Below are positions 30,831 through 39,977 of a stretch of 64,000 nucleotides of DNA, one piece after another (the stretch's first letter is position 1; each line of letters begins with the position of its first letter). Under the pieces are notes generated by a model. That model did not search any database. It had not been told where the DNA came from and saw only the letters and a list, made by a program, of their open reading frames with translations. The stretch is from a virus, in IMG/VR virus record IMGVR_UViG_3300037310_000404, positions 32,001 to 96,000 of that record. The stretch is one strand, 5' to 3'. The translations under genes were made by a program, and so were the position numbers.

Positions 30831-31040
30831 ATGAGGAAGAAATTTGTTTTTTGTTTTTACTATGATAGAGAGGTGCCAGTTGAAAAGAATTCTTCCGGCT
30901 GCTGCGAGTTTTTCAACGACTCTACAGCCAGATGCGACTATCACAAGTATTCAATTTCTAGCAGAAGAACTCAAGAGAAGTTTTATCGCCTTAGTGAGCG
31001 TGATGATTTGTTAAAAAATTTGGATGAAGAAGATCAATAA
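30831..31040 (+). CDS. Small Cys-rich hypothetical protein
   Basis: Four Cys; coupled ORF. Confidence 0.4.
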   Translation: MRKKFVFCFYYDREVPVEKNSSGCCEFFNDSTARCDYHKYSISSRRTQEKFYRLSERDDLLKNLDEEDQ

Positions 31041-31079
31041 TTGTAGTATAATATATTCAATCCACCACTTACGAGGTAA

Positions 31080-31874
31080 ATGCAGGAGATGAAAAACCAA
31101 CAACTTGGCAATGACGCTATCGGACATCATATCATTGCGGATCTACACGGTATTAAAAATTCAGATACTTTTGATAATATAGAAATAATGAAATCGCTGC
31201 TAATGGCAGCCGCTAAAAAAGCGAAAATGAAAGTAGTATCTGAGGCATGGTACAAGTTCGAGCCAACTGGTCTGACAGGCGTTTTGGTTTTGGCTTCATC
31301 TCATATCAGTGTGCATTACTGGCCCGAAAAACAGTTCTTGCATTGCGATATATTTACTTGTAATGACGGCGTTGCCGAACATGCTCTTGAGTATATTATC
31401 GATGCCTTAAAGCCGGATTTGAACAAGTCGAAAATTATAAATATTGACAGAAGCATCTACAAGGAAACAAAGCCATTTGGTTTTTCATTTTTAATTGATG
31501 GACTTGGATGCGCATCACTTAAAGATCTTGACGATATCGATATAGCCTACGACTTTTTAAATGAACTCACCGAATCCATAGGTATGACGAAGCAATCGGA
31601 GCCATGCGTGGTGAGGACCGATGCCAAGAAATTTCCCGATAAGCGCGGATTGTCAGGCGCAGTTTTTTTGGTAGAATCATCGATAACTATCCACACTATA
31701 TCAACGGCTGATAAACGCTTTGTTACGGTTGATTGCTACAGCTGCAGGCCGTTTGACAAAGAAATAGTTAAAAAAGTAATTAAGAAATACTACAAGCCGA
31801 AAATGTTCAGCAAAGAACAGTATCTTGAGCGTGGCGTTGAATACCATGCATATAACGATTCTAGAAAGGCGTAA
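31080..31874 (+). CDS. speD: Tandem two-domain pyruvoyl-dependent S-adenosylmethionine decarboxylase-family protein
   Basis: Domain 1: GHHIIADLHG...GLTGVLVLASSHISVHYWPE...CDIFTC. Domain 2: GLSGAVFLVESSITIHT...VDCYSC. Confidence 0.85.
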   Translation: MQEMKNQQLGNDAIGHHIIADLHGIKNSDTFDNIEIMKSLLMAAAKKAKMKVVSEAWYKFEPTGLTGVLVLASSHISVHYWPEKQFLHCDIFTCNDGVAEHALEYIIDALKPDLNKSKIINIDRSIYKETKPFGFSFLIDGLGCASLKDLDDIDIAYDFLNELTESIGMTKQSEPCVVRTDAKKFPDKRGLSGAVFLVESSITIHTISTADKRFVTVDCYSCRPFDKEIVKKVIKKYYKPKMFSKEQYLERGVEYHAYNDSRKA

Positions 31875-31889
31875 TCGGTGGAGGAATAA

Positions 31890-33962
31890 ATGGACAATAT
31901 AGAAATTCAGGCTTTAGCCGACGCGCTTGTAGAAAAGCTAAAGGAAGATGGTATTAAAATCTTCCCAGAAACCGCAAGTGCTATAGCGCAAGAAATAGCA
32001 GCAGAGCACCAAAAGGATCCAGGTATCCCAATTGATGTCATTGTTAAAAGGCAATATGCAAAGATACGCGGCATCAAGGAGGACGGTGGGGGCCTTTCTG
32101 GTACTGTTGCTTCTTTATTGCCAAAAATTGCTCTTTTGGAAAAGGAATTGCTTGTCGTTGCTGCCCGTGGACCGATTACGCCAGAGGAAATTAAGGCATG
32201 GCGTAAGCGTATCTACGACGAAGTATATATACCTTTCCAAAATATTGGTGCGGAGATATCTGATAAAGTAGCCGATCTCATGCAGAAATTTGAAGAACTG
32301 TCTAAAAATAAACATGAGGCGGAAGAAGAATTTAATGTCTTAGTTCAAAAAGCAAATCAGGCATTTAAAGACCTTATTGATCGCGGTAGCCCTTCTGCCG
32401 GACCAGTTAGAAGAAGGTATGTCGACGCAAAGTACGATCTAGTCCACAAGTCAGAGGAAATAACCAAAGCAACTGCCGAGTTAAATTTTACCCGTGGTCT
32501 TTTAACCTACCTTACTGGGGCTGGAGATTATTTAAAGAAAACCGTGAGACTTCCGGAAAACTTCGGAGTTCAACTTGATGGCGCTAGTGCATATTTGAGA
32601 CAAGCCGGAGTAACACTTGGCGAAATATCTGAAATCATAAATGCGCTTAAAGATAAGAAAAATCCAAACAGCTTAAAGCTTAAGGAGATGGTGAAGGAGG
32701 GACCGGAAAGGCATAGGTTGCCAATTTGGATGGCTCGTTCACTGAGCAATAATCCAACCTTAACGGCCCAAGAGGCCTCCATTGGACCAGGCGTAACCAA
32801 TATTGATGCAGAGAAGTTTGAGAACTCGTCCATTTTCTATGAAGCGGGCAGACGTTTGTGGGAAAAGATAAATGAACAAAATCCAGATATGTCTCAAGAA
32901 GAAAAGCTAGCCAAATACAACACGGAAGTTGATATATACAAGCAAAAAATGCTTAATACAGTGGCTAAGATCAACAAGCTTCCTGATACTTGGCGCAAAT
33001 TCAGAGAAATATACGAGATCCTTGATCCGGAAGCTCCTGAGCAGGTAGCTGCCCTACATTCTACTACCGAAGAGTCCCCTGAATCGTATCAAAAATGGCA
33101 TACTCCAACCAGCATTCAATCGCTAAATATCGACCCGGATGACGACGCCGCGATGCGTAGCGCCAAATGGTATTTAAATAAGAAAAATACCCGCGCCTGG
33201 TCTGAAATCAGAAAGATGGCGGAGGCTCAGAACCCAAACGCTCATTGGTCAACGCTATTTGCTTTGAGCCATATGCAACCAACCAAGTATGATCCGAAAA
33301 CTGGAAAGACTTATGGCGAACAATTTCTTTCGGAGTTAAGCGAAGAAAAACGTAAAGATCCCGACATGCAAGCTGCCGCTCAGAAGATAGACGGAATTAT
33401 GGCTACTAAGCGTAAGGAAATGGCCATTCAGGTTATATTTAACCCAGGTGTTCCTGATTGGATATTGATGAGGTTGGCCTCTTTGGGCTATCGTAGCTCG
33501 GCAAATGGACAAGTCCAAAAAGAAGCCGATGAGTCATACGACTTTATTAGGAAGCTTGCCTACGAGATGCTACTTTCTCGTGGCTGGAAGCTTGAGCGCG
33601 ATGCTGAGGGCAAACCAGTTGGACACAGACTTGGTGGCGGCCATGAGTTCGGATTCTCTTTCAAGAAAACCACTGATGCGACGACTAAGAGCGCATCTAT
33701 CAGGAATGTTGTTTCCCAGCAAGTAGCTCAGCAAAATCCTCAGATTAGCGCTATTGATCAACAGATAAGCAGCGAGAGTGATCAAATCAAGCAGTTAGAA
33801 AATCAAATCAATCAGAAAAGACAAAGAATAAAGGTTCTGGAAGACAACAAAAAACCTCTTATGGAGGAACAGCAGCGTGCACAGGAGGCAAACCAGAGGA
33901 TGATGTCTGATTATTCGCAGGGTAAACCTGTGCAGCCAACGTCTCCGGTTCCAGCAGCATAA
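31890..33962 (+). CDS. Large helical/coiled-coil hypothetical protein
   Basis: 690 aa with a Q-rich C-terminal coiled coil. Confidence 0.55.
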   Translation: MDNIEIQALADALVEKLKEDGIKIFPETASAIAQEIAAEHQKDPGIPIDVIVKRQYAKIRGIKEDGGGLSGTVASLLPKIALLEKELLVVAARGPITPEEIKAWRKRIYDEVYIPFQNIGAEISDKVADLMQKFEELSKNKHEAEEEFNVLVQKANQAFKDLIDRGSPSAGPVRRRYVDAKYDLVHKSEEITKATAELNFTRGLLTYLTGAGDYLKKTVRLPENFGVQLDGASAYLRQAGVTLGEISEIINALKDKKNPNSLKLKEMVKEGPERHRLPIWMARSLSNNPTLTAQEASIGPGVTNIDAEKFENSSIFYEAGRRLWEKINEQNPDMSQEEKLAKYNTEVDIYKQKMLNTVAKINKLPDTWRKFREIYEILDPEAPEQVAALHSTTEESPESYQKWHTPTSIQSLNIDPDDDAAMRSAKWYLNKKNTRAWSEIRKMAEAQNPNAHWSTLFALSHMQPTKYDPKTGKTYGEQFLSELSEEKRKDPDMQAAAQKIDGIMATKRKEMAIQVIFNPGVPDWILMRLASLGYRSSANGQVQKEADESYDFIRKLAYEMLLSRGWKLERDAEGKPVGHRLGGGHEFGFSFKKTTDATTKSASIRNVVSQQVAQQNPQISAIDQQISSESDQIKQLENQINQKRQRIKVLEDNKKPLMEEQQRAQEANQRMMSDYSQGKPVQPTSPVPAA

Positions 33963-33963
33963 T

Positions 33964-34605
33964 ATGTTAAATTATTCATCTAGAAAAAGCTTCAGACTAA
34001 AGTGTGTGGCTGATGTTTTCCCAGCGGGATCGCCAGCTAACAGTCCAATTGGTCAAGCTGTTATGAATACCGTAATGCCAGGGGTAGGTACAGCAGCCAA
34101 GCAGATCAATCAAAACTTTGGCAAAGACGAGTTAGCTCTTGATCAGCAGCCGAATCCGGCAAACGAGCATCTTGAGAATATCGGTGGTCCGAAAGTGACT
34201 ATTGAGCCAGCATTCCAAAGCATGATCCAAAACGCTGTTAATTTCGTTAATAACAAATATCCGGATCTTCTGCGTGATGTTACCGACGTGTTTGGACATG
34301 TAGAGGACGGTGGAGTATTTGGTGAATTCAAGACAACTAAACCTCATTCAATTTTTATAAATATAAGAGATATTGAATCGAAGGTGCGCCAGGTATTACA
34401 GGGCCACGATGAAAATGCTATAAAAAAAGAAATAGAAAATCAAATAATCAAAACACTAATTCACGAAAGCACTCATCGTAAGGAGTTTGGCGACACTGGA
34501 TACTCTACCGAAAGCGGTCCAGAGCAAGCTGAAAAAGCCGTGGAACCGTTTCTGGAACAAATATCCAATCGAGAAGGCTTGAATATTATAACTTCTAGAG
34601 CTTAA
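33964..34605 (+). CDS. Zincin-like metallopeptidase (HExxH)
   Basis: TLIHESTH with a downstream E, and a GEF...IFIN strand. Confidence 0.55.
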   Translation: MLNYSSRKSFRLKCVADVFPAGSPANSPIGQAVMNTVMPGVGTAAKQINQNFGKDELALDQQPNPANEHLENIGGPKVTIEPAFQSMIQNAVNFVNNKYPDLLRDVTDVFGHVEDGGVFGEFKTTKPHSIFINIRDIESKVRQVLQGHDENAIKKEIENQIIKTLIHESTHRKEFGDTGYSTESGPEQAEKAVEPFLEQISNREGLNIITSRA

Positions 34606-34622
34606 TTTAAATATAGCTAGAT

Positions 34623-34660
34623 AATAAAAAAGACCTGACAATTGTCAGGTCTTTTTTATT
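34623..34660. terminator. Bidirectional intrinsic terminator; perfect 38-bp palindrome
   Basis: AATAAAAAAGACCTGACAA|TTGTCAGGTCTTTTTTATT lies between convergent genes 33964..34605 (+) and 34679..35101 (-). Confidence 0.9.
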
Positions 34661-34678
34661 TACTGTTGGTTGTGTTGT

Positions 34679-35101
34679 TTATGATAGAACTAAGTCTTTG
34701 GTCGGTGACAAGAGTTTTTTAAACTGACCACTCAAAATATCCTGGAATGTCTGCACGTCAAACGACCTTTTCTTTAGCTTATCTGTTTTCTTGTCATATT
34801 CAATAGAGAGCAGCCCTTCAAGCAATGCTTTTGTTCTTGCCGGACCTATCTCTTCTGCCCAAAACTCATCTGTAACGGTTATCATCACGGTCGAGTTTGT
34901 AAGTAGAGTGTATGGTTCTCTTATGATTCTGACATTAACATGCTTTTTCCCCAACTTGTTTTTGCCGCTCTTAAAAAAGAACCTTAACTCGGCCGGGTTA
35001 AGATGGGCAAATCTTTCCTTAAACTCGTCTAAAATTTTCACTGCCTCTTCTTGAACTTCTTTGGCTTCGTAATACTTATCAGTTTTCTTTTGTTGTGCCA
35101 T
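34679..35101 (-). CDS. Putative phage metallopeptidase-family protein, HExxH apparently lost
   Basis: Family-like layout (F.HL...I.F...MI.V..EFW...AL), but ALLEGLLSI in place of HExxH. Confidence 0.5.
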   Translation of the reverse strand: MAQQKKTDKYYEAKEVQEEAVKILDEFKERFAHLNPAELRFFFKSGKNKLGKKHVNVRIIREPYTLLTNSTVMITVTDEFWAEEIGPARTKALLEGLLSIEYDKKTDKLKKRSFDVQTFQDILSGQFKKLLSPTKDLVLS

Positions 35102-35546
35102 TACCTTCCCCTGAGTTAAGTTTCATGATATCGGAACAGTCTGGACAAGAAATATACGAATGCGAATCTATCCTGAATCTTAGCGAGGATAGTTGGGCTA
35201 AAATTTCGGACTCAATTTTGCCAACGTTCTTAGCCACATTATGGATCGCATTATCGCAAGTCTTCCTGTCCTTATAGAACTTGTTGTGAGACCTATGATA
35301 CTTGGAATCATCAATGAACACAACTTTAATCTTAAGTTTCTTTAAATAATCAAATATCATTTTATCGATATTTTGATTTCTAGTGAAACCCTCTTCTTTG
35401 TTGATTCTAACTTCTAAGATGCTTTTATTTTCGCATCCTTCAAGAATGTCAATAATGACATCATAATGATTAAGTTTTAGTAACTCTTCCAGTGTCCTAT
35501 TCATCATGGCAAAGACTCCGGCTTTCGGATTAAGCCTTCGGGGCAT
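35079..35546 (-). CDS. Hypothetical protein
   Basis: Coupled minus-strand ORF; probably starts at an internal Met. Confidence 0.45.
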   Translation of the reverse strand: MPRRLNPKAGVFAMMNRTLEELLKLNHYDVIIDILEGCENKSILEVRINKEEGFTRNQNIDKMIFDYLKKLKIKVVFIDDSKYHRSHNKFYKDRKTCDNAIHNVAKNVGKIESEILAQLSSLRFRIDSHSYISCPDCSDIMKLNSGEGNGTTKEN

Positions 35547-36147
35547 TTTTATATATAGTCTCTACCTTTTCAGCCAATTCCTCAAGAGTTCCTTGATTAT
35601 AGACTACATTTTCAAAAGCGACATCATCTAAGTCTTTTTCTGAAATGTCGTCTATGTCCAACTGTCCGTCCGGCCTTATTAATCTTATAATTGTTGAGTT
35701 TGGAATTTTCTTGACAATGCCAATTTCGTTTTTAAACCTAAGATCATCAATACAAAATATAATGCCGTTCGGGGTTTCGGCATTAGTTTTAATAATTCTA
35801 TCATAAACAATGTCAGCCCATATGGTTGGTCTGATTTCCCTAAACTTAGCGCCTATGTTGATGAGGAGCTGGCGGCCCTTATCTTGTATCAACTGCGGGA
35901 CTATGTAAACTGCCGCGCTAGTGTTTGGAAGAGGTCCTGCCGGAGGCATTGTGTGCGAATGGTCGTAGTAAAGCTCTTTGTCGCCATCCCAGCCGAAATA
36001 CTCTTTGGCTATTTCCTTAAGGGCAGATGCAAAAGAAATTCGCCGGAACTCAAGACCCTCTTTTTCGACTAGTGCTTTTAGTATATTAGAAGATTCCGTC
36101 TTACCAGATTGTGCTTTGCCTGAAAACGCAATAAGTCTATTTGGCAT
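35530..36147 (-). CDS. Deoxynucleoside monophosphate kinase
   Basis: P-loop SGKAQSGKT, SFASALK, GRQLLINIG and DDLRFKNE. Confidence 0.85.
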   Translation of the reverse strand: MPNRLIAFSGKAQSGKTESSNILKALVEKEGLEFRRISFASALKEIAKEYFGWDGDKELYYDHSHTMPPAGPLPNTSAAVYIVPQLIQDKGRQLLINIGAKFREIRPTIWADIVYDRIIKTNAETPNGIIFCIDDLRFKNEIGIVKKIPNSTIIRLIRPDGQLDIDDISEKDLDDVAFENVVYNQGTLEELAEKVETIYKNAPKA

Positions 36148-36201
36148 GGAAAACCTGAAAAATATATATCTCTATTATACTAAAAAATAATAAAAAATCT
36201 A

Positions 36202-37017
36202 TTACGGATTATAGGTTTTTATGGGCGCTAGATTGTAATACTTTTCAACAAAATTTTTATTATACAATCTTTCCTTTTCTAACTTAGAAATTACACCTCT
36301 TAAAAAGGTAGAGAACTTAGTTCCTCTGCCCGCATGTCTCCATTCCCACCCACGAGCCTTTCTATCTGTTTCTATCATGCATCTAGCCGCACAATTGGTT
36401 GGAATATCCATTAAGTCTTCTATGGTTCTTATCTTTTTAATCTTAAAATTAATTATACCGCTTTCGTATAGATAATTTAATAATTTTACGTTATTTAAAT
36501 TATCCTCATTTATCTGCCATGAGTAATAATCCATCGTGTCTTTCATTACTGTTTTTTTAATCGATGGCAAGTATGTACCAGCCTTCCAGCTGCTAATTAA
36601 TTTATTATTAAACCCTGACTCGTCCATGCCCCATTGTAGTATTTGAACTATCCGATCTATGTGATTATCGCCGAGATCGGTGAAAACCCATGAGTTATCA
36701 AAAGCCGCCTTAACGTGACTCTCGATCATGGGAAGGCTTCTCTTATACCCCTGTTTTTTGAGATTATCCCTTATTTCGTAGGATAATATTTTAATTAAAA
36801 GAGCTCCCTGGTATCTGGCCAATCTATTGTTAGATCTTAGTTCAGAATCTGCTAGGGCTCTTTGGTTGTTATTATATAATTCAATTACTTGAGTACGCAA
36901 CCTTTGTAGTTCAACGTCTTGCGCCATGGCAGTTTGTGTAGTACTGTCCGCCAATAGGCCCTTCGATAACAACGTGGTTAATAATATGATAATGATCAGC
37001 GTCTTTCTAATGCTCAT
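36202..37017 (-). CDS. Exported protein with SLT-like glutamate motif
   Basis: N-terminal signal-like hydrophobic stretch, a coiled coil, and WGMDESGFN. Confidence 0.45.
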   Translation of the reverse strand: MSIRKTLIIIILLTTLLSKGLLADSTTQTAMAQDVELQRLRTQVIELYNNNQRALADSELRSNNRLARYQGALLIKILSYEIRDNLKKQGYKRSLPMIESHVKAAFDNSWVFTDLGDNHIDRIVQILQWGMDESGFNNKLISSWKAGTYLPSIKKTVMKDTMDYYSWQINEDNLNNVKLLNYLYESGIINFKIKKIRTIEDLMDIPTNCAARCMIETDRKARGWEWRHAGRGTKFSTFLRGVISKLEKERLYNKNFVEKYYNLAPIKTYNP

Positions 37018-37098
37018 GATTACCTTTCTACTGCATCCGTAATTAAATTTGCAGATTTAATATAATACTTTTTTATAAAAAAATTTTTTAATTACGGT

Positions 37099-37152
37099 AA
37101 ACAAAAACCCGTCTGCGAAAGTGTGATTTCGATCACAGACGGGTCTTGTTTT
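37099..37152. terminator. Hairpin with internal three-way junction; likely terminator for the minus-strand gene 37155..37349
   Basis: ACCCGTCT/AGACGGGT stem flanked by A/T tracts, with inner GTGAT-TTCG-ATCAC. Confidence 0.65.
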
Positions 37153-37154
37153 GA

Positions 37155-37349
37155 TTAGTTTACACCCAACTGACGTAGTCCTGCACGCTTTACTGCCTTT
37201 GTAAAGCTGCCAAAGCGCTCCTCGATAGTGCTAGAAGCGAACTTTCTGCGAGCGCTGTTGCGGTAGCGGCTTCTTGAGATTACTCTTGAGGCACCTGCCA
37301 CTGCGCGCAAATTGGTTAGCAACTCTTCGCTACTAAACTTGTTTGCCAT
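37155..37349 (-). CDS. Stand-alone homing-endonuclease-associated repeat protein
   Basis: EELLTNLR...Y...SSTIEERFGSFTKAVKRAGL pattern. A GGGAGG RBS precedes MANKF. Confidence 0.65.
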   Translation of the reverse strand: MANKFSSEELLTNLRAVAGASRVISRSRYRNSARRKFASSTIEERFGSFTKAVKRAGLRQLGVN

Positions 37350-37398
37350 TTTATTTTCCCTCCCTTCTCGTGTAAGCATTTAGTGAATTACTAATTAA

Positions 37399-37426
37399 AT
37401 TATACCAAATCTCCGCAAAAAGTCAA
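37399..37426 (-). promoter_or_regulatory. Sigma70-type promoter TTGACT-N16-TATAAT with TGG (minus strand)
   Basis: Read directly from the sequence. Confidence 0.75.
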
Positions 37427-37440
37427 CTTCAATTTAATTT

Positions 37441-37449
37441 TGATATAAT
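37441..37449 (+). promoter_or_regulatory. Extended -10 promoter TGATATAAT driving the sugar island
   Basis: The same element occurs at 43858-43866 and 60541-60549. Confidence 0.55.
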
Positions 37450-37486
37450 GATAAATGCATAATTAATATATTCTCAGGTTGAACTA

Positions 37487-38209
37487 ATGTATAATTTAAG
37501 CATTCTTTCAATTTTTAGAAACAGCTCAGATTACCTTCAAAATTATATAAACAACGTAAAAAAAGCATTCGCTCATAATGGTGGCAAATGCCATGCGATC
37601 TGGCTTGAGGGCGATTCGGCCGACACGACCCTTCAAATGCTTGAGGCGGCTAAGAAAGAGATGGAGAATGAGAACATCACCGTGACCTTGGTTAAATATG
37701 ACCTAGGGCTGCCTCATTCCGGCGGGGACCATCCAGAAAGATGGTTTAGGCTCGGTAATTGTTGGAATCGATGTCTGGATGAGCTCAAACCGTCCGACTA
37801 TACTGTGTGCGTAGAGAGCGACCTGATGTGGCAGCCATCGATCATAGCTAAGCTTTGTCGAGAGGTTAATGAGCAAAGAAATGTCGTATTCCCGATGCTT
37901 ATGCGCCATTATCCATTCGATAACCAGTTCCACGATACCCATGGATTTACAAGGAACGGATCCAACTTCACTAATGGGTTGCCCTTCTGGAGAGTTGCCC
38001 AGGGGATGTCAGAAGATGAGAATTGGCTAGAAATAACGACTGGTGGCGGCATGATAGTATCAAAATATGACTATCAGAAACTCGGAAAATTCGGATTGCA
38101 CGACTGCATCATGCATTATCCGGAAAATGTCAAACTGTTCATGAGCAAGAACTTAAAAATATATCATCCACCAGCTAATTCTGGAGAGACTGAGGTTGTT
38201 TATAAGTGA
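37487..38209 (+). CDS. GT-A fold glycosyltransferase (GT2-like)
   Basis: SIFRN, EGDSAD.T, WNRCL and VESD (DxD-like). Confidence 0.65.
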   Translation: MYNLSILSIFRNSSDYLQNYINNVKKAFAHNGGKCHAIWLEGDSADTTLQMLEAAKKEMENENITVTLVKYDLGLPHSGGDHPERWFRLGNCWNRCLDELKPSDYTVCVESDLMWQPSIIAKLCREVNEQRNVVFPMLMRHYPFDNQFHDTHGFTRNGSNFTNGLPFWRVAQGMSEDENWLEITTGGGMIVSKYDYQKLGKFGLHDCIMHYPENVKLFMSKNLKIYHPPANSGETEVVYK

Positions 38210-39132
38210 AGAAAGTACTTTTTGTAAACACCTCGCGAAAGCAGTGTGGTGTCCATCAATATGGATATAACATGTTCAGATGCCTCGCGAGGTCATCTAA
38301 ATATAGTTTTGCCTACATCGAGGCTCCAAATCTGAGTGTTGCGGTAGAGGCTTATAGACAATTCGGGCCAGATATAGTCATATGCAATTATCACCAGGGC
38401 GCTAGTGCATTTTTAAATCCAAACCAACCAAGGGCCTTTGGTTTAGCCAAAACCTTCTGCATTCTGCATGAAGACATAGATGGCAGCTTTAGCAGGGGAT
38501 TCTACGACTACTACATATTTGGCGATCCGCAATGGGCTTTAGCGAACAACTTTAGGCTGTCTGTTCCCAGGTTCGTTTTTGACTATGAAAACAAGATGCC
38601 AGATCCGGAAATTCCTACATTTGGCACTTTTGGGTTTTCTTTTCCCGGAAAAGATTACAATAAATTCCTGGAAACTATTCAGTCTCAATATGACAAAGCT
38701 ATAATAAAAATTCACTCTCCGCAAAATGACGTAATGATCCATGACCACCATCAGCGAATGTTGGCCGATGTCATGTCAAAGAAAAAGGATGGAATCGATG
38801 TTCAATTTTCAAGAAATTTCTTGGAACGTGAGCAGGTGCTGGATTTTCTGGCATCAAATACGGCGAATGTCTTCATTTATGACAAAAGCAGCCATCTTGA
38901 CGGAATATCAAGCGTCATTGACTTTGCCATAGCGGCTAAAAGGCCGGTTATAGTTAATAAATGTGCTTTATTCAGGCATGTTCTTCACCTCCCCATAAAT
39001 ATTGAAGATCATGATGTAAAATCAATTGTATCGCGTGGGGCAACGATATTCGACGAGCTCAGGGACCGCTGGTCGGAACAAAAAAACATTGAGTTCTATG
39101 AGAATCTATTCGAAAGGATCTTGGCCGAGTGA
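38206..39132 (+). CDS. GT-B fold glycosyltransferase-like protein
   Basis: CGVHQYG N-terminus, FGTFGF.FPGK and ISSVIDFAIAAKRPVIV. Confidence 0.55.
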   Translation: MKKVLFVNTSRKQCGVHQYGYNMFRCLARSSKYSFAYIEAPNLSVAVEAYRQFGPDIVICNYHQGASAFLNPNQPRAFGLAKTFCILHEDIDGSFSRGFYDYYIFGDPQWALANNFRLSVPRFVFDYENKMPDPEIPTFGTFGFSFPGKDYNKFLETIQSQYDKAIIKIHSPQNDVMIHDHHQRMLADVMSKKKDGIDVQFSRNFLEREQVLDFLASNTANVFIYDKSSHLDGISSVIDFAIAAKRPVIVNKCALFRHVLHLPINIEDHDVKSIVSRGATIFDELRDRWSEQKNIEFYENLFERILAE

Positions 39133-39923
39133 TTCCAATTGACATGACCGCAGACTGGTTGCCCGTTGGAGAAAACGAGCCGAAAACTCACGGTGTCGGA
39201 GACACTCTCCTGATCAGCTCTGTTGTTCGCGAGATATCTCAAAGATATCCGGACAAAAAGATCATAGTAAAAACCCGTGGTCCTAAAGAGATATTCTATA
39301 ACAACCCACGAGTTTATAGAGTTGAGCATGGATACTGGGGAGAGTATGAGTTTTGGCCTCATGGCCGCTGGCGCGGCATGCATCAAATTCAGAACCTCTG
39401 CGAAAGCTATGGCATACATAACGCCGATATAACGCCCGAGTTATTTATCAGCGATAAAGAAAGAATGGTTGCCGAAAAAAGCCTACAGATGTTAACGGGT
39501 GGTAAGCCAGCCATCATGTTTTGCGGAGCAGCAACTCATCCCGAAAGAAATTGGGATAATAATAAGTGGGCCGATCTTATAGCCATGCTCAGTAGGAAGT
39601 ATGAAGTCTTCCAAATGGAAGAGACTCTTCGATACGACTTTGAGTCCGGAGACATAACCGAGATCTACCCCGCCATACCGGGTGCGCGCCAAGAATTGCG
39701 TGGCTTTGGGCTTAGAAAGCTTTTTGCTATGATGTCGGTAAGTAGAAAATATCTTGGTGTAAATACCGGATGGATGGTCGCCGGATGTGCCTTTGGATAT
39801 GACAATTACACGGTCCTACAAAACAAAACTCCGTTTTGGATGTTCCCGAGAAACAAGAATTTTGTGAAAGAAGATGATTACGCTACGATCAGGAAAACGA
39901 TCGAAGAAGATTGGATGAAATGA
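39129..39923 (+). CDS. GT9 (heptosyltransferase)-like glycosyltransferase
   Basis: GVGDTLLISSVVREI, YPDKKIIV, NNP.V, RNW....W..L and GVNTG. Confidence 0.7.
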   Translation: MIPIDMTADWLPVGENEPKTHGVGDTLLISSVVREISQRYPDKKIIVKTRGPKEIFYNNPRVYRVEHGYWGEYEFWPHGRWRGMHQIQNLCESYGIHNADITPELFISDKERMVAEKSLQMLTGGKPAIMFCGAATHPERNWDNNKWADLIAMLSRKYEVFQMEETLRYDFESGDITEIYPAIPGARQELRGFGLRKLFAMMSVSRKYLGVNTGWMVAGCAFGYDNYTVLQNKTPFWMFPRNKNFVKEDDYATIRKTIEEDWMK

Positions 39924-39977
39924 GTTTTAATAAAACACTTTAGCGGAAGAGCTCATTAAATAATAAATGAAGATTAG

